A DNA stretch of 64,000 nucleotides from Octopus vulgaris (taxonomy: Eukaryota). Location: positions 34,906,001 through 34,970,000 of the forward strand of contig OX597839.1 of NCBI GenBank assembly GCA_951406725.2, in the 5' to 3' direction. A program made the position numbers and the translations under genes. Positions 43,826 to 57,494 of this stretch are shown piece after piece; the first letter of the stretch is position 1; every line of letters begins with the position of its first letter. The notes beneath the pieces were generated by a model that was not told the DNA's origin, did no database searches, and worked only from the letters and a program-made list of their open reading frames with translations.

Positions 43826-43919
43826 CTTTTCGTACTTTACAATTAGTTTCCCCTGCATTGCTCCTATTTATGTTAATACAGCCATATTCTTCATCAGTAA
43901 GAATCTTTGTCAGGACAAT
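43826..43919 (-). CDS. Receptor-like gene exon F
   Basis: tcatttttcag| ... G|gtaaga; phase 0 to 1; IVLTKILTDEEYGCININRSNAGETNCKVRK. Confidence 0.78.
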
Positions 43920-44033
43920 CTGAAAAATGATTTTTAAAAATGGTTTTCAAGTTGATTAGTTTTATGACATATTTAACCCTTTCACTACTGTATTTATTTT
44001 GAGATGCTCTGTGTTTCTTTCAATTATTTTAAA

Positions 44034-44621
44034 CTAGCAGTATCGCCCGACGTTGCTCAGGTTTGTAAGGGAAATAACTATATAAACATTTTTAGAGAGT
44101 TATAACCAAAAAATAGCAAAAAAATGCATTAAAAATGGAAAAAAAATAATGGTAAATTTTTTTTAAAATCGTTGACTCATTGGAGACATTTTTAGAGAGT
44201 TACTTCCCTTATATAATAGCGAAAAAATGCATTAAAATGGAAAAAAATTATGGTAAATTTTTTTTTCAATCGTTGACTCATTGTAGACATTTTTAGAGAG
44301 TTACTTCCCTTATATAATAGCGAAAAAATGCATTAAAATGGAAAAAAATAATGGTAAATTTTTTTAAATCGTTGACTCATCGTAGACATTTTTAGAGTGT
44401 TACTTCCCTTATATAATAGTGAAAAAATGCATTAAAATGGAAAAAATTTTTTTTTTAAATCGTAGACTCATTGTAGTCGCACGCTAATACCCAGAAGGGC
44501 TCGATATGAATCACGACTATAAGATACCCAGTTTTGGTTAAACTGCACTGCAAAATGTGGGAGTAGTTAGGAATCTAAATCGTAGGAGACAGACACACAA
44601 CCTTACTTTTATATATAAAGA
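44034..44621 (-). mobile_element. Non-autonomous Helitron with internal ~118-bp tandem repeats, nested in a piggyBac-like MITE
   Basis: Inserted between A and T of the MITE consensus ttttaaa|tataacaaag with no TSD; TC start and hairpin-CTAG end. Partial copy at 41886-42138. Confidence 0.85.
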
Positions 44622-45159
44622 TATAACAAAGAATTTAGTAAAATAACTTAGTTATCATTAAGCTAATGTTAGGAACATAATTTGTGACTAAGGTTTGGTG
44701 GAAGATTTTAATTTAAAACTTATGAAAACAAGGCATTTGTACTATAGAGCAGAGGGGGTTTCAGCCAGGTTGGTAACAAAAGGGTTAAATTAATATAAAC
44801 ATCTACGTTGATCGATGAGGGTGGTCAGGTGGCTTAATGCCAAGGCTAAAGTATGATAGAGGGACAAGCACAGGTTTCTTGCTACAGACGGGGAAACATG
44901 GCTACCACACATATTGGGGTGGTTGGGAGGGGCTAAATGTGATAGAGATACAGTGCCAGGTAAGACTCTTAGGGGACAGGGGATACAGACTGTGGGTTAT
45001 GGGAGGAAAGGAGTGAGTGGGGTCTTTTGTAAGTGTGTGAGGGGAGAGTAACACAGATGGTTAGAAATGGGTCTCTCTCTCCTTCCCTCTTTCTCTCACC
45101 ACATGTATGTGTATATATGTATATATATATATGCATGTATTTATGTATGTATGTATGTG

Positions 45160-45226
<67 letters not shown>

Positions 45227-45272
45227 ATATATATATATGTATATATGATGATGATATATATATATATATATA

Positions 45273-45360
<88 letters not shown>

Positions 45361-45363
<3 letters not shown>

Positions 45364-46830
45364 TACTAACCTGAATAGTGTAGATTTTTTAGACGTAAAT
45401 TTTAATGTAAGGTCGGATAGATTTAAACCTTTCTGTAAGCCCAATGAAAAGCTATTGTATATTAGCAAAGATTCGAACCATCCGCCAGTTATCCTTAGGA
45501 ACTTAGTCAGCAATGTAGGTAGAAGAATATCTTCAATTTCTTCGGACGAGGCAGCATTCCATAATGCTGCACCTTATTACGATAGCGCATTAAGGAATAG
45601 TGGATTCTGAGAAGATCCAGTACAACCAATTTAATGCTGATAATAAAGCTGCGCGAAGAACTAGGACCAGGAAAGTTTTGTGGTTCAACCCGGCTTTCAA
45701 TTTGGCCGTAAAGACTAATATAGGTATGGAATTTTTTAAATTAGTCCCTAGGCATTTTAAGCAGGACCATAAATTCTATAGGATATTTAATAGAAGAACC
45801 CTGAAGGTTAGCTATTCTTGTTGCAGAAATTTCGCCTCTTACATTAGCCAGCATAATAGGAATCTGATTGAGATTAAACATGGTGCCGAGCCCATTAAGA
45901 AATGCAATTTCAAAAATGAATCCTCCTGTCCGTTAGAAGGGAAATGTCTAGTAAAAGGAGTAGTTTATAGAGCGAAGGTACAAATAGAAGGCTCATTGGA
46001 ATACAAGACATATACAGGGGCTTCAGAAAACTCGTTTAAAACACGATTTTATTCGCATAAAAATTCATTTAGATACCCAGAAAATAGGAAGAGGACCAGC
46101 CTAGCAAAATATGTCTGGGAACTAAAAGAAAAGGAAACCCCACCTTTCAACGTGACATGGAGCATTCTGGACAGAGCGGCACCATACAGGCATGGAGCAC
46201 ACAAGAATAATTTCAAATGCAATTTTTGCCTGTTAGAAAAACTCTATATTTTATTCAAAGACAATAATTCTTTGAATCAAAGAAGTGAGCTGATGAGCTT
46301 ATGCAGGCACGCAGCCAAATTTAAAATGTCAAACATAAATATACCATATGGATAGAGTATATATTTTGTCTTTTTGTATTTTTGATTTTGAAATTTTGAT
46401 TTTGATTCTTGGACTAGTATGTAAACGCAATGATGGATTTGTTTCGCGCTATGCAGATTCCATTCCGTATAGCAAAGTCTCTTCTCCTTTATTAGTTTTC
46501 TGCTTATTCCTTTCTTTTACCCCTTCTCTTCCTATAGGCTAACTTTGACTTTATATCTACTAATAGATTTTTTTTTAAAATTAACAGCGTTCCGTTCATC
46601 TCTATACACAGTTATCACATTCTTTTAAAATGTCTTATTGATGTGTTTGGTTTCTTTCTTTCCCTGATGAGAAGAGTGCATTGTTTTACACCATTGTATT
46701 CCTTTTGGAATAATACCAATGTTGTCTTCGAAACATATGTCGGAAGTAAAAGAATTTGAATAACACCTGCATTTAACTCCATCTATTTAATTATATATAT
46801 TATACAAAATATTTCACATCAACTCGGAGT
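45361..46830 (+). mobile_element. 5'-truncated Penelope-like element (RT C-terminus, GIY-YIG endonuclease, terminal region)
   Basis: VDFLDV..SNHPP.. then, after a frameshift ~45605, WFNP..CPLEGKCLVKGVVY..YTGASENSFKTRFYSH..CLLEK..LNQRSEL. Flanked by (TA)n on both sides. Confidence 0.9.
46660..46745 (+). ncRNA. Type I hammerhead ribozyme in the Penelope terminal region
   Basis: ttcc-CTGATGA-gaaga..tcttc-GAAA-catatg-TC-ggaa. Confidence 0.8.
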
Positions 46831-46836
46831 GTCTAC

Positions 46837-46887
<51 letters not shown>

Positions 46888-47074
46888 CAACAAAATTTTA
46901 TATAGAGTTACCCAAGGTTTTGCACCCGCAAAGCCAAAGTTTTGTGGACAGCTTGTCAGTCTCTATATGAATACAAAATTTTAAAATGTCTATGTCACAA
47001 ATATGAGACAATACTCAGAACTTGAAGAATACGAAAAAGCGTTAATGAGGATGGGTTATTTCTCCTTAATGTGT

Positions 47075-48068
47075 AGCAGTGGTACCAGGGGTTTTGGTGA
47101 TGTTCTCTTTGATGCTTGTCCTGGCTTGGTTATTATCTCTGGGCATGACAGCTGTATTGGCATGAGATCTGGTTAATCTGCTAATAATATTAATGTTTGA
47201 TGCTACATTACTGGTATTGGAAGCACTCCGTCGGTTACGACGAGGGTTCCAGTTGATCCGATCAACCGAACAGCCAGCTCGTGAAATTAACGTGCATGTG
47301 GCTGAGCACTTCACAGACATGCGTACCCTCAACGTAGTTCTCGGGGATATTCAGCGTGACACAGAGAGTGACAAGGCCGGCCCTTTGAAATACAGGTACA
47401 ACAGAAACAGGAAGTAAGAGTGAGAGAAAGTTGGGGTGAAAGAGTACAGCAGGGATCACCACCATCCCTGCCAGAGCCTCGTGGAGCTTTAGGTGTTTTC
47501 GCTCAATAAACACTCACAACGCCCGGTCTGGGAATCGAAACCGCAATCCTACGACCGCGAGTCCGCTGCCCTAACCACTGGGCCATTGCGCCTCCTTTAC
47601 TGGTGCTATGGACATTAGGTCTAGGTATCACCGTAGCTTCATGGATGACTCCTTCAGCCTGACATTGGCCTCCCACTGGACAGTTATTATATAACCTGCA
47701 AGAACAACCTGCCTCCTCCTTTGTATTGTGGGTACTTGTTGAAATGTTTTTTATGTTAGGTGCATCACTAAAGGAGACTTTTAGGTTGCGCCTGTTAAAT
47801 AATTGCCTGTATCTATGTGTGTGTGTGAAATGTTTGTCAGTTAATCTAAGGAAAATCCTTCACACATGCTTGCCTAAAACCATTTGGCTGGGAAGCAAAC
47901 TTCCCCTTTCAGCCTCGTAGCAGTCTCCTCCTAGACAGTTATCACATACCCTGTGAAAGCAACCTGCTTCCTCCCTTGCATTTTTGCTACTTGAAAAAAT
48001 GTTTTTATGTGAGGTGCACAACCAAAGGAAACTCTTAGGTTGTGCCTGTTAAACAACTGCCTCCATCT

Positions 48069-48119
<51 letters not shown>

Positions 48120-48150
48120 GTTTCTCTATGAATCTAAGGAAAATCCTTCC
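47075..48150 (-). mobile_element. Degenerate Penelope-like fragments (same family as 55330-56230), split by a SINE and partly duplicated
   Basis: Reverse complement of 55310-55740; SINE 47216-47596 with ttactggt TSD; second partial unit at 47915-48150. Confidence 0.7.
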
Positions 48151-48617
48151 TACGCAAGTCTTGATGTTGAGTGAGAAGGGTGGAGTAAACCAAATGAAAT
48201 TTGCGTGGTGCTTCGTTTTCTGAGCGCTAGGGCCAGGTATTAAGGAGATGTGGTTCTTAAACCTTCATTCGAACAAAACAACTTTTAGACCCATTCTATA
48301 TAAACTCAGATATATAAACTCAGTACTAATTCAGTCAGTATCAATATCATAACCACTAAATTTTTGCTAGTTTATTTTGTCTCTTTGTCTTCTCTCCTGG
48401 TGCTATATGAACATTTAATGTGGTCTTAGAGTCAAGTTGCGACTGCTATTTTCAGCATGGTGGTATCTCTTTAATATATATATATATCTTATAATTAAGG
48501 GCTAAAGAAGATTATTCTAAAGCCAATACACTGATTTATCCACTTATAATCCACTTGTTACAGGAAAATTGAACTGAAAACGGGCAACTAACCTTTAGAA
48601 AATTTAAATTTCGTTAT

Positions 48618-48677
48618 CTCTATATTGAATCAATTTCGGAATTAATCCTATAAAGGATACATTCTTCGTCAGTAGAG
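48618..48677 (-). ncRNA. Type I hammerhead ribozyme (mismatch at base of stem II)
   Basis: ctcta-CTGACGA-agaat..atcct/aggat..attcc-GAAA-ttgattcaa-TA-tagag. Confidence 0.65.
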
Positions 48678-49114
48678 CTTACGAGGGAATATAAATAAAA
48701 TACTCACATGCGATTATGGAAGAAGCAGGAGCTAAAAACATAACTACATTTAAGTACATCAAATAGGACTTCATCCTATATTGTTAGTATATATATATAA
48801 TGTACATTTTTTACTTTAACCCTTTCGTTACCGTATTTATTCTGAGATGCTCTGTGTTCCTTTCAATTACTTTAAATATAACAAAGAATTTAGTAAAACA
48901 ACTTAGTTATCATTAACTTAGTTAACATAAATTGTGACTAAGGTTTGGTGCAAGATTTTAATTCAGAACTTATGAAATGAAGACATTTGTACTCAGAGCC
49001 AGAGCCAGTTTCAGCCAGGTTGGTAATGAAATGGTTAACAATAACTATGACAAAGGAAGGAAGGAAGAAATGAAAGAAAAGCAAACACAAATTTAAGAAG
49101 GTGAAAATACTTAC

Positions 49115-49347
49115 CTTGGATATGTGAATGGGTTGGTAAATGGACATGGATTTTATTTCCACCTCACTGATGCTTTTATATGGAATATTGATAAAAGAGA
49201 ATAGTTTGCGGACGTAAGCTAACTTGCTGAATATTACAGTTTGTGAAGTGTTTTTTTCACTCCCAATCACTCCAATAGATACAGACATAATGGATTCACG
49301 ATATATTTGCATGGGTCGATAGGTTAATTCTATTTTCCATGTGGAAT
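49115..49347 (-). CDS. Receptor-like gene exon E
   Basis: ttctttcttctttag| ... AAG|gtaagt; phase 1 to 0; DSTWKIELTY..VSIGVIGSEKNTS..ISEVEIKS..IHISK. Confidence 0.82.
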
Positions 49348-50139
49348 CTAAAGAAGAAAGAAGAAAATAATTAAAGGAAAAATAACAATAGCAAACGTGG
49401 TGTAGTGGCTGTAATTCATTAACAAAAATATGTCCAGCAATCAAAAAGTAAAAATGGGGAATTACTTGACGTTTTGAGATTTGAGTTATTCCTCAACAGT
49501 AAATGATTTTGTTAACATTAACCTTTAATCTTTTATTTTGCTTCAATCATTAGACTGTGGCCATGCTGGGGCACCACCTTGAAGAATTTTTAGTTGAATG
49601 AATCAACCCCTGTACTTATTTTGTTTTTCAAAGTGTCTTTTACTGAACTGCTAAGTTACAGGATGTAAACACACCAACACTGGATTGCAAGCAGTGGTGG
49701 AGGACAAACACAAACATAAAGATACACACCCACACATGGCAGGATTCTCTCAGTTTCCACCTAGCAAATCCACTCACAAATCTTTGGTCAGCTCAAGGCT
49801 ATCGTAGAAGACACTGGCCGAAGGTGCTACACAGAGTTTGAACTCAGAACCATGTGGTTGGCAACAAGAAAACTTCTTATCATACAGCCACACCTGCACC
49901 TAGCCTTTGCTTTTTGTTACCATATTTATGTTGAAATCTGATTTGTTTCAATTAAATTTGAAAATAATGAACAATTTATTAAATAATTTAGCTATTATTA
50001 ATCTGGTATTTGGAATATAAATTAAGATGCAATTTCAATGAAAGGTTTTCTGTAAGGTAACTTCAACCCTTTCCATACCAAACCCACCTGAAACCATGTC
50101 TGGTTCTACGACACAAACTTGCTGCTTCGTCTTCATAAT

Positions 50140-50680
50140 CTGGTCGAGTTTGCTCGGACACTTTTAACCTGTACATGCCATTCCCCTCAGTCCGGCATTA
50201 GTTGAGGGAGGTCTTCAGGGGGGCATCCAGTGTCTCTGATGAGTTGGTCTACATATGTTGTGTTTGGTTGACCAGCTTGAGTACAGCCATGCTCTCATGT
50301 CCATAACAGTAGGTCACTTGCCACCTCTTCTATAGCTCTCCAGCAATGTCCTTCAAAGTGTGTCTTACCCTTATAATATTGGAAGCAAGCAGCAGATCTC
50401 TATTCAGCTGTTTCTTGATCAGATGAGTCCTCCAAGATATGTTTAAGACTTCTCTTTACATTTGGGTGTAAGTTCCATCTTGCTGGGATTCCAGTGTTTT
50501 GGTAAGTGTCCAGGCTGTTGATCCATAAAAGAACTGACTCTACCATTGTATGGAAACAAAATTCTTCTTCAGGTTGTCTGTCAGGACTGATTTCCAACAT
50601 CCATGTTGATCAGGGCTGACCATGCTTTGGCTGTCCAAATTTTACATTCTTGTCAGCTGACTTGCATCAACTTACTGTTT
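50140..50680 (-). mobile_element. Old LINE (RTE-like) C-terminal fragment
   Basis: ..FHTMVESVLL.. motif resembling RTE 'F.A.VESVLLYG'; heavily degenerate. Confidence 0.45.
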
Positions 50681-51283
50681 TAACCCTTTAGTGTTCGCAT
50701 TATTCTGCCACAATTAATGCTTTTTTATCCTAATTGTTTTGAACTAATCATGCATTATCTTGTAGCTATGAGATTTTGATGAGGTAGCTGTTAATTTTAA
50801 AAATGATATTGTAGGGTTGGTGTGAGAGACCAACTGGGAAAATATCGGTAGACATTATAACAAAGTTTAGGAATCAAGCCAAAATAGCTCTGGTCAGTAT
50901 TACCAAACATAGTATTATTATTCACCAGTGGCTGTGAGTTTTGAACTTAAACATTCCAGGTTCAAATTTCAGGAAGGTTAACTGTATGGCACTTTGGGTA
51001 AGTGTCTTTTAGTATAGCCCCTGGCTGAGCCAAGCTTTGTGAGTGGATTTGATAGACTGCAACTAGAAGCAGCCTGTGATAGGCATACACACACACATAT
51101 ATCCCTCTCTCTCTTTCGGAGAGGCACAAGCACCTACACACACATATACACACACGGCAGTAACTTCCGCCTGCCGAATTCAATCACAAAGCTTCGGTCG
51201 GCTCGGGGCTATAGCAGAAGACACCTACCCAAAGTGCCACGCAGTGGGACTGAACCCGAAACTATGTAGCTAGGAAGCAAGCT

Positions 51284-51376
<93 letters not shown>

Positions 51377-51638
51377 AATATATGAGTGTCTATGTGTGAG
51401 CGTGTGTGTGTATGAGTGAGTGTGTGTGTATTAGTGTGTGTGAGTGTGTGTGTATGAATGTGAGTGTGTGTGTGTGTGGGGGGGGGGGGGTGTTTGTGTG
51501 TATGAATGAGTATGCGTGTGCTTGTGTGTGTGTGTGTATGAGATTAAATGCTTCCAGCCATAGAAAACCTGCTTCAATGAATTTCTTCTGATCCATGCTA
51601 AATGAAAATGAGATAAGAAATATCTTTTATGAACTTAC

Positions 51639-51723
51639 CATTTGTCAACAAGCATCTAAGCTCACGATACTCAGGGACTACACAGGAATATATTTTGGAA
51701 TTTTCCATATTCTTCAGTTTTGC
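51639..51723 (-). CDS. Receptor-like gene exon D
   Basis: ttttcttttacttttag| ... G|gtaagt; phase 0 to 1; AKLKNMENSKIYSCVVPEYRELRCLLTN. Confidence 0.8.
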
Positions 51724-51959
51724 CTAAAAGTAAAAGAAAAAAAAGGGGAAAAGAGATGATTATGTCTCCAGGAATTACATGGGTTTTAAACAGGGGTCAC
51801 TTTGTTCTGGATCCAGTAATTATACAGATGAGAAATACCTAACTTATCTGTCCACTCAGCAATTTTATCTCTCCTTCAACTGAAATCTTCTTTCAAATAT
51901 TGACAGCTTTATAAATAGTCACACAACACCATGTTTACAGGAGCTCAGCTGTTCAAATA

Positions 51960-52640
51960 TAGGGTGCATTGCAGAAGTTTTGAGACTTTTTCAGGAGAGA
52001 CATTTCTTAATTCTAAAGAAATACAAAACTCTAATCTCCTTCAAAGCAGGATCCTTGGACTTCAATGTGCTTGTTGTAGTGTTCCAACTGCTTAATGAAG
52101 GCCCCATGGAAGTGCTTTAAAGAGAAGGTGTCCAGGATCCTTGTCACAGACTCCTTCATCTTTTCAATATCTTCAAAATCATTGCCCCTGAGGTTCTCCT
52201 TCAGCTTGGGAGACAAGCAAATGTTAGAGAGAGCCAGGTCTGGACTTTAGGGAGGGTGAGGGACGGCTTTGATGGCCATTTCTGTTAAGTAGTTGGTTAC
52301 CAAAATGGAATTGTGGACAGGGGCATTGCTCTGGTGCAGGGGCCACTGACCCGAGTGGAAGAGCCTTGAACTTTTGCAATGAAATCTCTTCTGGAACTCC
52401 CTGAAAAGGTCAACAAAGTACACTTTGTTGACAGTTTGGCCAAAGGGAACTGCTTGGATGTAGATGATGCCTTTGTTGTTGGAAAAAGGGTTTCAACATG
52501 AGCTTTCCATTGTACATTCTTTGGCTGGCCTTCTTGGGTCTGGGGAAGATAGGATGCTTCCACTGAGCACTCTATCTTTTGATCTCTGGATCATAACAGT
52601 AGATCCAGCTTTCCTCATGGATCACCAATGGCTCAAGTAC
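51960..52640 (-). pseudogene. mariner transposase remnant
   Basis: C-terminus ..KLKENLRGNDFEDIEKMK..HIEVQGSCFEGD* resembles the mariner 'G.YFEGD' ending; frameshifted. Confidence 0.7.
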
Positions 52641-53231
52641 TGTCATCATCATCATCACCACCACCACCACCACCACTGACATCATCATTTTAGTGTCCTC
52701 TGCACCGCTGGATTAGTGTGGCCCCTAAGGGACACATAACCCACCCCTAAAATAATCAGTGAATACTAAGAGACAATAAACATGAAGACGTTAAATGTAA
52801 AGTAAATTTGAAAATTGCTTTTACACTCGTTAACTGAGAAATTAAATGAGGAGAACAGGATTCCTTATTAATTAAACTTATATTAATAAACTAATGTATT
52901 AATTAACAAAAATTTAATGTTATTTAAATATCTGTAGAAGACACCCTTCTTTGAAGTTTGAACCTGGAATCTTTTACTTGTTTCAGTCATTGTGCTGTGG
53001 CCATGCTGGGGCACTGACTTGAACTGTTTTAGTCAAACAAATCAACTCCTGTGCATATTTTCTGTTTAACTCCCATGCTTATGCTATCGTTCTCCTTTGC
53101 CAAACTGCTAAGTTATGTGAATGTAAACAAACCAACACCAGGGGTGAATACAAACACAAAGACATACAAATATATACATCTATCTATCTGTCTATCTCTC
53201 TCTTTTTCTATCTATGTATCTATTTATTCAT

Positions 53232-53297
<66 letters not shown>

Positions 53298-54434
53298 GTA
53301 CCTCTACATATATATATATGTGTGTGTGTATGTGATGAGCTTCTTTCAGTTTCCATCTACCGAATCCACTCACAAGGCTTTGCTTGTCCTGGGGCTTTAA
53401 CAAAACACACTTGTCCAAAATGAGAAACATATGTGCTTAACATATTTGCCACTAGGTTGCTATTAGCATGTTTGCGAATACTCTTGCAAAGCACCAGGGC
53501 TCAAAACATTTAAAACTCATGGGCAAGTGCTTTGAGAGAGTTTTCTCCACCATGTCAAATCTCAGCCTAAGGCAAATACACCAGACATGTTCATTACTTT
53601 TATGGGGTTGATAATGTTTATTACGCTAGCACTGCTTCTATTTCGGATTTGAATATGTAAATATCATCTTCATCACCATCATTTGACGTTCGCTGTCCAT
53701 GCCGGCATGGGTTGGACAGGTTGACAAGAACTGTTTTGGCAGAAGACTGAACCAGGATCAGTGTCTGTTTTGACAGGGTTTATATGGCTGGATGCCCTTC
53801 CTTACATGAACAACCCTGCAGAGTGTACTGAGTGCTTTTTACATGGCTCCAGGAAAGGCGAGGTGATGTTTGGCATGTTTGTTACAGCTGGATGCCCTTC
53901 CAAATGCCAACCACTTTTCAGTGTGAACTGGATGCTTTTCACATGTCACCAGCTCTGTAAGGGTCACCATGTAACTACCAAGACAAAGATCCTTTGAGAG
54001 GGGAGGGGGAATTGGAGGAGGAGGAGATCTTTTCTCAGATTATGAAAGGTTAGAGTTTGACAGAGAGACAGAGAGACAAAAACAGGTCTCTTGTTGAAGA
54101 GGAGGTACATGGTTACCTGGCCAGAGAGAGAGAGAGAGAGAGAGCTGGAGATGTAGTTACACATCACTGGTCACAATGTGTTCGCATTGTTTTTTAGCCT
54201 TCAAATGACGCCACCCCACTGGCTAAGCGAGCAGGCCAACAGAAGAAAGAGTGAGAGAAAGAATCGTGACAGAGTACAGCAGGGATCACCACCCCCTGCT
54301 GGAGCCTTGTGGAGCTTTTAGGTGTTTTCGCTCAATAAATACTCACAACGCCCGGTCTGAGAATCGAAACCGCGATCCTACGACCGCGAGTCCGCTGCCC
54401 TAACCACTGGGCCATTGCGCCTCCTCACACACAT

Positions 54435-54501
<67 letters not shown>

Positions 54502-54523
54502 TGTATATGTATATATGTATATG

Positions 54524-54590
<67 letters not shown>

Positions 54591-54921
54591 TTATGTGTGT
54601 GTGTGTCATTGACTTGGTGTCTGATTCCCCCCCTCTACCACCACTTGACAACCTGTGTAGGTGTTTTTATTTCCCTGGAACTTAGTGGTTCACCAAAAGT
54701 GACTGACAGACTAAGTACCAGGCTTTGAAATAAAACAATGAGGTCAATTTGTTCAACTAAAATCCTTCAAGACGGTGCTCTAGCATGGTCGCAGTCTAAT
54801 GACTGAAACAAGTGAAAAAGAAAAGATAACTGTAGAAGCCCTGGAACCATGTAAAATGTTGAAGTTGAGAGAAGAAGGGAAATTTCTTTCCAAATGAAAA
54901 CAAAATAAATGTTTGGTTCAC

Positions 54922-55127
54922 CTTTTTATCCAACAAAAATCTTTCTCTAATGGAAAAATGTATTTCTGGCATTTTATTGAATTCCATTGGAAGAAAGAGT
55001 GATGCATTTGATGTTCTGGAATTTCTTTTAAATGTAATATTTAAATATATACCATATTCCGAAATATAAAAAGAATCATTATTATTATGTATGTCACTAT
55101 GTGTAGCTTCGACAGTCCAGCGTGCCA
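54922..55127 (-). CDS. Receptor-like gene exon C
   Basis: ttttctctctctcatttctag| ... AAG|gtgaac; phase 1 to 0; MARWTVEATH..SFYISEYG..RFLLDKK. Confidence 0.75.
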
Positions 55128-55329
55128 CTAGAAATGAGAGAGAGAAAATTGGACATCAGTGACAGCAAAGTTTCAAAATTAATTAACTTAAAATGGTAAT
55201 TACTTTTATAAGGAGGATGGTTTAAAAGGAAATTACAAGAACATGACTGGAAAATATGGTCTCTGCTATTCCACCATAGTTTATTACAGTTTTTACATTT
55301 AGGTGGGACTGTATAGGGGGAAGTTTGTT

Positions 55330-56230
55330 TCCCAACCAAATGGTTTTAGGCAAGCATGTGTGAAGGATTTTCCTTAGATTAACAGACAAACATTTCACAC
55401 ACACACATAGATATAGGCAATTATTTAACAGGCGCAACCTAAAAGTCTCCTTTAGTGATGCACCTAACATAAAAAACATTTCAACAAGTACCCACAATAC
55501 AAAGGAGGAGGCAGGTAGTTCTTGCAGGTTATGTAATAACTGTCCGGTGGGAGGCCAATGTGAGGCTGAAGAAGTCATTTATGCAGCTACAGTGATACCC
55601 AGACCTGCTATCTGCATTACCATCCAACAGCAATATTAGCAGATTAACCAGATCTCATTCCAGTAAAATTGCCACCCCCAGAGATGATGACCAGCTCGAG
55701 ACCAGCATCACAGAGGGCGTTACACATGGCCCCAGTACCATCGCCACAGATGATGGACAAACCATTGTCATAAACACAGAGTGACCACCAGTATAATCAC
55801 CACACTGAGAGATGATGGCCAATCCAGGACCAGTGACACAGAGGAGGTATCGGGCGTTCCCAGTACCACTACCACAGATAATGACCAAACAGTTATCATC
55901 AACACTGATGGGATGACCAGCCCCACACCATATGTTACCACAGGCCACACCCACCCTAATGCCGTCAGCTACATTGGCAACCATATGAACAGAAGTGATA
56001 ACCATAGTGATAACACCACCAGATTTTTGTGCTATATTGACTGCATCAGCAATGGTGCTAAAAACAGCATCCTCAGGCCCAGAGCCTATCAGAGATATAC
56101 CAGGAGTGTGAATATAGCCATATCCCAAGTTTGTAAACATATTAGATCGGCCAGTGCATCTTCGAAACATTGCTTCCGAAACCACCATGTAGAGAGAAAG
56201 GAGTTGATGGGTTGTTAATTTACTAAATAA
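55330..56230 (+). mobile_element. Degenerate Penelope-like fragment with Thr-rich expansion in the endonuclease region
   Basis: IFLRLTDKHF..YRQLFNRRNLKVSFS..CRLCNNCPVGGQCEAEEVIYAATV aligns by eye with the 45600-46355 protein; later SYIG and RKELMGC. Confidence 0.65.
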
Positions 56231-57494
56231 TACATCTCCCTTTCGGTGCATGCAGTAATGGGGATGAGATTGCTGTTGTGGTGGTTGTGGTGTGGTAGTG
56301 GAAGCTATGTGAGCCTTCTGGTAGAGGCATCTCATACTTGTGGTGGTGTGGGTGTAGAGCCATATAGAGACGCTTGACCACCAATGCTGGTGTGTTTGCG
56401 TCCTCATCATTCGGCAGCTTGGCAAAAGAGACCAAGAGATTCATATTTCACTGTCCATTATTATTTCTATTCTTGTGTTGTTGTATTTGTTGTTACTCTT
56501 GTTGTGATTGTGGTTAAGAAGCAGTTGAACACATTACATGAAATCTTTTTAATGCTCAAAGTCAGGACATTACATAACACTGCAGGTGCAGAAGCTGTCT
56601 TTATTGCATGTATGGAAATATTTCGAAACATTGACAATGTCTTTTAAATCGAACTTAAGTTTACGGTTTGTAATTTACATGCCATAGGTTAGTGGGTATT
56701 TTGTATTGTTTGTTTACTTATTGCCATTTCAAAGTTTATTTCTGTTGTTGATATTGTTGTTGTTATTGTCAGCATTATAACTTTCGATAACAAGCAGTTT
56801 ATGATAATTTCTCATTGAAAAGTATTTAAAAAATTACAATTTAAATATGAGACAAAGACTGAAAAAATTGTAAAAATGCATCTTTTGCTCCTTCCTATTG
56901 CCTGTAGATTATGACCAGACTTCGATTCTTGATAATCATTTAAATTAATTCCAATGTCTTAAAATTATCTCCCCTTCTCCTTAAGAGTCTCCAACAATTT
57001 CCCCTAGATTTTTCCTTTCTTCATCTAAAATTGAAATTCCAATAAATATTTTTCATAAATGAACCCTTAAATTATTTATACAAAGTCTTAAACTCAGAGT
57101 AAACTTTAGTGCTTTTGCCATTTTAGAAAATACTACTTTTATATCCATTTTCATATGTTGGCATTAATTGGAAAAGTTCTGGAAACTTTCAAATCATGAT
57201 TTGTGATTGATTGGAGATATTGATTTTGCACTTGTTTGTCTTTCTCATTACTGACTACACAACTGTGAATTGAACCACTAAGCAATAGAATAATGTGTCT
57301 TTCCTGGGGATTGAATGGCAGCAATAAGGTTTGAACTCCTAAAACTGATGTTTGTAGTTGAGCACATTAATCTTATAATCCTTATTCTTCAATGTCTGTG
57401 TGTGTGAAACAAAAGAATTCCTTAATGAGTTGCAAAGGAAAAAGCAAGCCAAAACAACAAACATAAAAAAACAGCCTTAAGGCAAACAGCTTAC

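Noticed and set aside
47726-47920. Duplicated small host gene (identical peptide in ORFs 47726+ and 55222-)
   Set aside because: Antisense reading of Penelope RT fragments.
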